IMG/VR virus record: IMGVR_UViG_3300037424_000485
Location: 1-64,000 of that record
Reading direction: 5' to 3' (one strand)
Length of the DNA stretch: 64,000 nt
Source of the DNA: a virus
Taxonomy: Duplodnaviria; Caudoviricetes
Shown: piece after piece, positions 57,331 through 64,000 of the stretch
How positions within the stretch are numbered: position 1 is the first letter of the stretch
Layout: every line of letters starts with the position of its first letter
Translations under genes and position numbers: made by a program
Notes under the pieces: generated by a model
The model's input: the letters and a program-made list of their open reading frames with translations, nothing else
Databases searched by the model: none
What the model was told of the DNA's origin: nothing

Positions 57331-57702
57331 ATGAGAAGTTTAGTATTTACAACTGATAGTTATAAAGTAGGACATTACCTACAGCAACCAAAGGGTACAA
57401 AAGGTAGCTATTACTATATTGAAGCTGAGTGGGCTATTGACGATTATACTTTAAATATTCCTACAGGTGGCTATCTCTATATTTTAATGTCGAAAATACC
57501 TCTAAATGTTATCAAGGATTTTAATGATGGCAAATAAACGTTAGACACTAAACTTAAATATTCATATCAATTAAAATCATATACAGAAATTAGGCGTGTT
57601 ATTGATAGTAACGGTCTTGATAAAATATATAAGATAAAGTATGTCGATGCTGTTGAATGGGAACAAATAAAAAAGCGACACTGGAAGAAAAGAGATTCTT
57701 AA
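57331..57702 (+). pseudogene. NAMPT N-terminal relic fused to unrelated sequence, in-frame TAA at 57535
   Basis: FTTDSYKVGHYLQQPKGT..YYYIEA matches the NAMPT N-terminus (TDSYK.SH..QYP..T....YIE); remainder not NAMPT-like. Confidence 0.6.
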
Positions 57703-57727
57703 TAACCAATAAAATATTTATTTTTAA

Positions 57728-57768
57728 AAAACACCCCACTTATGTTTACATTTTAAGTGGGGTGTTTT
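57728..57768. terminator. 15-bp hairpin terminator
   Basis: AAAACACCCCACTTA/TAAGTGGGGTGTTTT. Confidence 0.8.
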
Positions 57769-57789
57769 ATTATGTGTTAAGGAGATAAA

Positions 57790-57987
57790 ATGAATATACC
57801 AAAAAGAGATTGTTTGTTTTTTACAAAATATGGGAAGTGTACTCATTTAGATAGAGGACGAGGATTCCTATGGCTAGGAAAACCATGTATCCTAGATTAT
57901 AATTTTGTGGGTAGCTGTACAAAGCAGCATAGACATCCAAGACCAACAAAAAACCCTTTAGGGTCAAATCCAGCAAAAATGAAATAA
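57790..57987 (+). CDS. Small Cys-rich hypothetical protein
   Basis: AGGAG RBS. Confidence 0.45.
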   Translation: MNIPKRDCLFFTKYGKCTHLDRGRGFLWLGKPCILDYNFVGSCTKQHRHPRPTKNPLGSNPAKMK

Positions 57988-57989
57988 CC

Positions 57990-58244
57990 ATGACATATCA
58001 AGAGATAACAAATAAAGAAGTCCAGAAGACTAGGAAGCCACATCAATGTTGTTGGTGTTCAGAATTGATTGATACGGGTGAAAAGGCAAGACACCGTGTT
58101 TATGTTGGTGATGGGTTCACCAGCGATTATATGCATCCAGAATGTTATAATGCTTTGTTAGAAAAACCTAATGAATATTATTTTAATGAGGAGGGGTGGA
58201 TGCCAGGGGATTTTAAGAGAGGATCATATGAAGAAATAGACTAG
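57990..58244 (+). CDS. Small zinc-binding hypothetical protein
   Basis: TRKPHQCCWC...YMHPEC. Confidence 0.55.
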   Translation: MTYQEITNKEVQKTRKPHQCCWCSELIDTGEKARHRVYVGDGFTSDYMHPECYNALLEKPNEYYFNEEGWMPGDFKRGSYEEID

Positions 58245-58315
58245 CTATTATAGTGGTATGTATGTATTGATAACGTTACAACAGAGTATAGCAAAAATTT
58301 AAAGGAGAATTAAAA

Positions 58316-58774
58316 ATGTCAACCAGATTTGAAGATGTGCCATCCCAATACTATACCATGATGCAAGACATCATTGGTAAGAGCTTTACCCATCTCAGCA
58401 ATGCAGTTATTGAAATGGTATTTGATACAAAAAAACGCACCGCTGGTGGAAGATATGTGCTAGGAAGACTACAGAAGTCAAATGACTTTACACGTCATCT
58501 GTCAGCTAAGAATGACATACCAGAAGGTGTTGATTATTTCCTTCATCTCGATAAAGCTACTTTTGAGGCTGTTAATGATGCTGATAAAATTCGCATTATC
58601 AGACATGAACTGCAACATGCTGAAGTTTCATATGATAAGACAAATCCTTATGGTATTCGTGATCATGAGATCAATGATTTTTATGACGAACTGGAATATA
58701 ATAAAGATGACACTCGTTGGTTGGAGCGCGTAAGTGTAATAGCTGATGCTCTGTATAGCAGAGATGAAGAGTAA
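58316..58774 (+). CDS. Putative phage metallopeptidase
   Basis: IIRHELQH (HExxH) followed by IRDHEINDF. Confidence 0.7.
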   Translation: MSTRFEDVPSQYYTMMQDIIGKSFTHLSNAVIEMVFDTKKRTAGGRYVLGRLQKSNDFTRHLSAKNDIPEGVDYFLHLDKATFEAVNDADKIRIIRHELQHAEVSYDKTNPYGIRDHEINDFYDELEYNKDDTRWLERVSVIADALYSRDEE

Positions 58775-58894
58775 AAATAACTGGTATATACGATAATTGT
58801 ATGATTACACTATATCATCCCTAGATTTTGTATGTGATACTGGTGATGAAATAGAGAATACATACCATCAGAATTATTTGGCATGGAGATATAG

Positions 58895-59392
58895 ATGAAG
58901 CATATTATAGTAGTAAACGGACAGGGAGGTGTCGGAAAAGACACCTTCTGTCTATATGCCATGAGGTATATGGCAAAAGAATATAAATTTAGATCGTCTA
59001 ATATATCTACTGTTGATGAAGTAAAAGGATATGGTAAATTATTGGGTTGGGATGGTGTTAAGGATGAGAAGGGGCGTAAGTTCCTATCTGATCTAAAAGC
59101 CCTCTCGACCATATATAATGGCCCTTTGAGATATGTATCTAACCATCTAGATAAATGTGGTGCTGATGTTGTTTTTGTACATATAAGAGAGCCAGAGGAA
59201 ATTTCAAAATTTGTAAATTTATATCCAAGTGCTATCACAATTATAATTAAAAAAGGCGATATGGCTTCATATGGTAATAAATCTGATGATAATGTAAATA
59301 ATTATCCATATAATTATTGTATAGATAATAATGGATCTAAAGATGATTTGAAAAAAACTGCTATAGAATTTGTTAATCATTTAATGCGTTGA
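58895..59392 (+). CDS. P-loop nucleotide (dNMP) kinase-like protein
   Basis: VVNGQGGVGKDT, KDEKGRKFLSDLK, FVHIREPEE. Confidence 0.7.
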   Translation: MKHIIVVNGQGGVGKDTFCLYAMRYMAKEYKFRSSNISTVDEVKGYGKLLGWDGVKDEKGRKFLSDLKALSTIYNGPLRYVSNHLDKCGADVVFVHIREPEEISKFVNLYPSAITIIIKKGDMASYGNKSDDNVNNYPYNYCIDNNGSKDDLKKTAIEFVNHLMR

Positions 59393-59442
59393 TTTACATA
59401 ACGATAAAATAGTAGTAAAATATATAATTAAGGAGAATAATT

Positions 59443-59739
59443 ATGACAGGCGGTGTAATAGTAAGAGAATGTATTCAGAAAGAAAGAGAGCCTAGTAAAC
59501 ATGTAAGATTATTAAGTTCAATATCACGTCTACGTAGTGTTATAGGGAACCTACATGATTTTGTAGATTCAGTAGATGGAAGTGATACAGTAGTATCAAC
59601 AACAGGGTGTGAACCGACCCCAGCAGATCCTAATGAATACACTCTATGTAGGGTGCTTACTGAAAGCCCAGATGATATTGATGTACTGACAGGAAGATTG
59701 TCTAATTTAACAGACAGGCTATATAATCTATTATACTAA
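59443..59739 (+). CDS. Hypothetical protein
   Basis: Promoter TTTACA-17-TAAAAT at 59393; AGGAG RBS. Confidence 0.5.
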   Translation: MTGGVIVRECIQKEREPSKHVRLLSSISRLRSVIGNLHDFVDSVDGSDTVVSTTGCEPTPADPNEYTLCRVLTESPDDIDVLTGRLSNLTDRLYNLLY

Positions 59740-59744
59740 GAGCT

Positions 59745-60503
59745 ATGAAAATAACCTGGGATAATATAGATGATTTTATTATTTATAATGGATTATTTAA
59801 AAGAAAAAATGTTAAATATTATCTGATGATATGTGAAGTGTGTAAAAATGAATATTTTGCTAGGAAATATGGATATGATAGAGGTAGGGAGAGATGTTGT
59901 TGTTTTCTATGCTCAACCAAATCAAAGAGGCTGAAGGATAGTGTTAGTAATAAATTGAAGGGATCTATAAGCAATCTTTGGAAAGGAGGTTATTATAATA
60001 GAAATATACCTACTTATGATACATTTGCATATCAATTAGAGCCATATGGTGTGGAATGTAGAAGAAATAATGATGACTGTAATATATTAGAAGTTAAATG
60101 TCATTTGTCTAATTGTGATAGTTGGTTTATTCCTACTATATTAGAAGCAAGAAATAAAATAAGATCTATAAATACTGGTTTTTGTAGTAGAAATATATAT
60201 TGTTCTGATGATTGTAAGAAAATATGTCCTAGTTTTAATAAACAAATATATCAAGAAGGTTTTAAACGCTATACTTCTAGAGAATCACAACCAGCTTTAA
60301 GAAAATTGGTTCTTGAGAGAGACAATTGGACATGTCAGAAGTGTGGATCAACAAAAGACCTTCATTGTCATCACTTTGAAGGCATAGAAATAAATCCTGT
60401 TGAGAGTGCTGATATAGACAATTGTATAACATTATGTAAAAAGTGTCATAAAGAAGTACATAAACAAGATGGATGTAATATGCAAAGGGAAAAATGTAAA
60501 TAA
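59745..60503 (+). CDS. HNH homing endonuclease (family copy 6)
   Basis: MKITWDNID N-terminus like 9898; shared HNH. Confidence 0.88.
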   Translation: MKITWDNIDDFIIYNGLFKRKNVKYYLMICEVCKNEYFARKYGYDRGRERCCCFLCSTKSKRLKDSVSNKLKGSISNLWKGGYYNRNIPTYDTFAYQLEPYGVECRRNNDDCNILEVKCHLSNCDSWFIPTILEARNKIRSINTGFCSRNIYCSDDCKKICPSFNKQIYQEGFKRYTSRESQPALRKLVLERDNWTCQKCGSTKDLHCHHFEGIEINPVESADIDNCITLCKKCHKEVHKQDGCNMQREKCK

Positions 60504-60512
60504 GGAGAATTT

Positions 60513-61619
60513 ATGGATATAAATGAATTAAAAGCAAGATTGCAAAAAGCAGCAAAGGGTGTACATATCGAGGTTCTAAGTGAATCTAATATAGCAAATG
60601 TTTCAAAGTTTTTAGATGGCCCATCATATGATGTAAATAGAATTTTAACAGGATCTTTGTTCAAAGGACTTCCTGAGAAATCTGTAACATGTCTAGTTGC
60701 ACCAGAGGGCGTATTTAAATCATCATTGATGGCTATTGCAGCCGCTGATGCTCAGAGAAAAGGATATAAACCGATTATATTTGATACAGAGGGAGCTTTT
60801 AGTAAAGAGTTTTGTGAAAGATGGGGTGTTGATCCTGACAACATGCTACATATCTATACAATTTACGTTGAAGAAATAACAACCCTTCTTGGTGATTTTA
60901 TAGATAATAAAGACCAAGATATATTTCTTATTTTGGACTCTCTTGGTGGTCTTGAATCAACAAAGATAATTAGAGATACCACATCTGGTGATCATGAGGC
61001 CAAAGCAGATCAGGGTGGTCTTGCCAGAAAGATCAAAAGAATGTTGAAAATGTTTGTATCTGTAGTAAAATCACAGAATGGTATGGGTATGTTTTCTGGT
61101 CATTGGTATGGAAAGCCTGACTCATATGGAGCAGCTGAAGATATTGGTGGTGGTAAGTATGTAAAATTAGCCGCTGATATTATTATCTCAATGAAAAAAA
61201 CCTCTATCTATGCAAATCCAGCAGGTAAGACAATAAAAGAAAAGGGTGATATTGTAGGTAGTGAAATCAGTGCGTGTACACTAAAAAATAGATTCTATCC
61301 ACCATTTCAAGAGGCAAAAATCCAGATTAACTATAAAGATGGTATAAATAAATTTGCTGGTATTATGGATATGGCGTTGACTTGCGGTATTATTCAACAA
61401 TCTGGTGCTTGGTATTCATACCAAGGCGAGAGATTAGGACAAGGTATTGTTAAAGCTACAGATGCTGTTATTACCAATGATGCCATATCAAAATCTATTT
61501 TGAACGAGTTGGAAGTCATTCTAAAAACCACTGGATATTCTAATGTGAATAATGAAGTATTAAATCTAGCAAGAGAGTTAGTCGAGCAAGATAACAATAA
61601 TTTTAAGGATACTGAATAA
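60513..61619 (+). CDS. uvsX: UvsX/RecA-like recombinase
   Basis: APEGVFKS Walker A variant, FDTEGA, ILDSLGGL, GGGKYVKLAADIII, KNRFYPPFQE, QSGAWY. Confidence 0.9.
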   Translation: MDINELKARLQKAAKGVHIEVLSESNIANVSKFLDGPSYDVNRILTGSLFKGLPEKSVTCLVAPEGVFKSSLMAIAAADAQRKGYKPIIFDTEGAFSKEFCERWGVDPDNMLHIYTIYVEEITTLLGDFIDNKDQDIFLILDSLGGLESTKIIRDTTSGDHEAKADQGGLARKIKRMLKMFVSVVKSQNGMGMFSGHWYGKPDSYGAAEDIGGGKYVKLAADIIISMKKTSIYANPAGKTIKEKGDIVGSEISACTLKNRFYPPFQEAKIQINYKDGINKFAGIMDMALTCGIIQQSGAWYSYQGERLGQGIVKATDAVITNDAISKSILNELEVILKTTGYSNVNNEVLNLARELVEQDNNNFKDTE

Positions 61620-61620
61620 A

Positions 61621-61875
61621 ATGAGGTGTGTTCTAAGCTGTGATTTTATTGGGGTGGTGTCTGAGGATTGTATTTGTAAATATCACAAAGTGACACTTGT
61701 GAAAAAAGATGGTGTGTTGCAACGATGTGAGCAATGTGAGAAAAACGCTTACTATAATAGACTTGTTAATGAAATGAGTGATGTTCTTGATGAGTATAAT
61801 TCTTTTGTGTCTAATATGGATAAAAAGATTGATGATCTTCATTTTTTAATGAAGATGTTAAAAGAAAAAATATAA
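61621..61875 (+). CDS. Small Cys-rich protein
   Basis: CICKYH...RCEQC. Confidence 0.45.
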   Translation: MRCVLSCDFIGVVSEDCICKYHKVTLVKKDGVLQRCEQCEKNAYYNRLVNEMSDVLDEYNSFVSNMDKKIDDLHFLMKMLKEKI

Positions 61876-61887
61876 GGAGATATTAAA

Positions 61888-62253
61888 ATGTTAAAAGAAG
61901 ATGCTAAAGTATATAAAATGAAGTTTATTCGTAGTGAAGGAAGAAATGATAATCAACACTCTGTGAATATCATTGCTATGAGTTGGAATGATGCAGAAGA
62001 CTATCTAAGATCACAAATTCCTGAGAAAATTAGGATTGAAGAGCGTGGTGGTACATGGGATATTAATGCTGTCACTCCACATGCTATCATTGCTGTAAAA
62101 CCTCAAGTAATAACAAAAACTATTGTTAAAGAAAGAGATGCTATTATTGATATAGAGAGTGAAGGAAATTTTGAATGTCCTTGGTGTAAAAAACCCTATA
62201 AACTCTTAAAGACTCTTGAAAATCATATGAAGAAAGAACATATGGCGATATAA
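61888..62253 (+). CDS. Hypothetical protein with C-terminal C2H2 zinc finger
   Basis: CPWCKKPYKLLKTLENHMKKEH. Confidence 0.6.
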   Translation: MLKEDAKVYKMKFIRSEGRNDNQHSVNIIAMSWNDAEDYLRSQIPEKIRIEERGGTWDINAVTPHAIIAVKPQVITKTIVKERDAIIDIESEGNFECPWCKKPYKLLKTLENHMKKEHMAI

Positions 62254-63071
62254 TGACAATAATTTTACAAAATGTAGATAAAACTATTGGTCAAATTGGT
62301 TTGGTTAATTCAAATATATTGGGCCAATTTTACATTGATGAGTGTATTGGTTTATTTGTTGATTGGGTTGATACAAAATCCAATAATGTAGATTTATTAA
62401 TACAGCAGACTGAAATTATTGAGAATTTTATAAAATCAGGTAAAAAGATCGTCATCTTTGATAGATACTGTTCTATAACATCTGATGAGTTTAGATATCT
62501 ATCTAAACATAATGTAGATTTTTGGGAGCCTAGAATTTTTACACGTAAGGGATTTCATTATCAACCATGCTGGGTTGATGCCCCCGATAGTGTTGACGAT
62601 GTTGATTGGGTCTTTGATAAAAATAAAAAATATGATGTTGGGTATAAGGGATCTATATATAACAAGCTATATACACAATCAAAAAAATATACAAATGAAT
62701 GGTTTGATGATACAAGCCTAGTGAAGAGAGATATAGAAATAGGTAATTTAAAAATAGATGAATATAAATTGTTTCTTCTATTAGGAACACCAGACGATTA
62801 CTCGTCTGGTTTTATTGATCCAATTTTTGTTGATTGTATCAAAGAAGGAGTTATTCCTATACTACCAAAAGAGCATAGATGGTATCATGCTATTTTTCAG
62901 GGTCTAGTAATACAAAATGAAATAGAGGATATTAAGCATTGTGTAAACCTTTCCGATAGTGCTAGTTTTGGTATGGTATATGGAATACTTAGAAATATAA
63001 AGAAATACCATACTGAAATGACATCTAAATATGTCATGGAAAGAATTTTTAAACATTTTAATAAAATATGA
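62253..63071 (+). CDS. Glycosyltransferase-like protein (GT-B type, divergent)
   Basis: KIVIFDRY...YDVGYKGS...EGVIPIL; adjacent to a GT2. Confidence 0.4.
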   Translation: MTIILQNVDKTIGQIGLVNSNILGQFYIDECIGLFVDWVDTKSNNVDLLIQQTEIIENFIKSGKKIVIFDRYCSITSDEFRYLSKHNVDFWEPRIFTRKGFHYQPCWVDAPDSVDDVDWVFDKNKKYDVGYKGSIYNKLYTQSKKYTNEWFDDTSLVKRDIEIGNLKIDEYKLFLLLGTPDDYSSGFIDPIFVDCIKEGVIPILPKEHRWYHAIFQGLVIQNEIEDIKHCVNLSDSASFGMVYGILRNIKKYHTEMTSKYVMERIFKHFNKI

Positions 63072-63787
63072 AATCTGATATTATAGAGTTGCCATATCAA
63101 GTGGTTAGAAGTAATGAAAGACCATTAGTGCTTGTCATAACACCCTTATATTCTAGAGATGTAGATGGTGTGCGTGTAATAGATAAGATATCTAAGAAAA
63201 CCAAAATATCTATAAAACGTAATACTACTCCTATGTTGTGGATTGCTTGGGAGGGTGAGGGTAATGTGGCTAAGAATACCCAAGACTGTTATGATTATGT
63301 AAAAAGAGTGTTTAGTACAGACTTTAAAACTCTAAAATATATAATCAAAATTGATAATGATATAGACGCATCTAGATGTATGATAGATAAGATGTATCAA
63401 AATCTTGAAAGAACAAGAGCGGGTGTAGGATATACGTATTGTTCTTTTAAATATGAGGGTGCTGTTAATGTAGAATTTAATGCCGCTGCATTTGATGTTA
63501 AGAAATTGTTGCAGTGTAATTATATCAGTAGTAACTCCATGATTAAAATACCTGTATTAGATGAGGTGGGAGGATTTGTAACCGATGATAAGTATAAGAG
63601 GTTACTTGATTGGGCAATGTGGTTAAAGTTGCTTAAACATACTTATTTAGGGGTTCCTACTTATGATGTATCATTTATTGCTAAAGCTTCAGCTGAGAGT
63701 GTATCAGCCCAAGGTTCGGAGGATTATATTTTAAAACATCAAAGAGTATATGAAGATTTTGTTAAAGATATTCTGAAAGGTGTGTAA
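63068..63787 (+). CDS. Glycosyltransferase family 2
   Basis: VLVITPLY, IKIDNDI (DxD), NYISSNSMI, VGGF, LDWAMWLKL. Confidence 0.75.
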   Translation: MKSDIIELPYQVVRSNERPLVLVITPLYSRDVDGVRVIDKISKKTKISIKRNTTPMLWIAWEGEGNVAKNTQDCYDYVKRVFSTDFKTLKYIIKIDNDIDASRCMIDKMYQNLERTRAGVGYTYCSFKYEGAVNVEFNAAAFDVKKLLQCNYISSNSMIKIPVLDEVGGFVTDDKYKRLLDWAMWLKLLKHTYLGVPTYDVSFIAKASAESVSAQGSEDYILKHQRVYEDFVKDILKGV

Positions 63788-63811
63788 GAAGATTTAACAA
63801 CATTTACGATT

Positions 63812-63850
63812 AAGCCCAATCCCTTTATTATAGGGGGTTGGGCTTTTTTT
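63812..63850 (+). terminator. Rho-independent terminator
   Basis: AAGCCCAATCCCT/AGGGGGTTGGGCTT plus T-run. Confidence 0.8.
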
Positions 63851-63935
63851 ATTATGTTGTTAAAAATAAATTTGGAGATCTCGTATAAATAAGAGTAGAA
63901 AATATAAAGAAATAAAAAATATAAGGAAATATAAA

Positions 63936-64000
63936 ATGGGGAAAAGTTCTAAAGGTGGAGAGTTTGAAAGAGATATTAGTCGCCTATTAACAAAATGGAT
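63936..64000 (+). CDS. Partial Holliday-junction-resolvase-like PD-(D/E)xK protein (runs off window)
   Basis: MGKSSKGGEFERDISRLLTKW; late promoter TATAAATA 63884-63891. Confidence 0.5.
   Translation, partial: MGKSSKGGEFERDISRLLTKW

Noticed and set aside
40690-61619. Inteins or introns in UvsW, ligase, gp46/47 or UvsX
   Set aside because: Lengths and motif spacing are normal; no intein C-terminal HN-[CST] block seen
2596-61842. Many short antisense or nested ORFs in the track (e.g. 3582..3902, 11046..11408, 12422..12799, 15605..16012, 21676..21996, 34726..35052, 58810..59238)
   Set aside because: They shadow well-supported genes on the opposite strand or frame and lack RBS or recognisable motifs
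1-64000. tRNA, rRNA, tmRNA or CRISPR arrays
   Set aside because: No T-loop GTTCRAATC in a cloverleaf context, no rRNA-like segment and no repeat-spacer array found by eye
1-64000. Alternative genetic code (stop-codon reassignment)
   Set aside because: Long core genes are uninterrupted in the standard code and all three stops end genes; the two in-frame stops differ (TGA, TAA)

Overview
AT-rich 64-kb segment of a large lytic T4-like (jumbo-type) dsDNA phage, probably infecting a Gram-negative host. T4-core homologues are present (gp2-like end protector, gp4 head-completion nuclease, UvsW, UvsY, UvsX, gp47/gp46, ATP-dependent DNA ligase), with T4-type late promoters (TATAAATA) and sigma70-type early promoters. 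Layout: minus-strand late/virion operon (1-12 kb) that contains an intact two-component system; Ro60/TROVE gene preceded by two related structured RNAs; a small-gene patch with degenerate attC-like sites; lysis cassette; a long late array (18.5-37.9 kb) of genes whose products begin with a T4-like capsid-targeting sequence (M-K-F/L-x-Q-Y-L-x-E), including six ADP-ribosyltransferase-like paralogues, a RimK ligase, a P-loop kinase, a zincin, a nuclease-like protein and a CCA-adding enzyme; then recombination, nucleotide/NAD-related and glycosyltransferase genes. Homing endonucleases are frequent (8 HNH-type, 1 GIY-YIG, 1 Hef-like, 1 relic). Main novelties: the putative injected-effector arsenal, the phage two-component system, the Ro60-linked RNAs, a sense/antisense late-promoter cassette on HNH genes, and a shared C-terminal PEELF-like tail on about nine unrelated small proteins. 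No tRNA, rRNA or CRISPR array was seen. All calls come from motif reading by eye; no searches were run.
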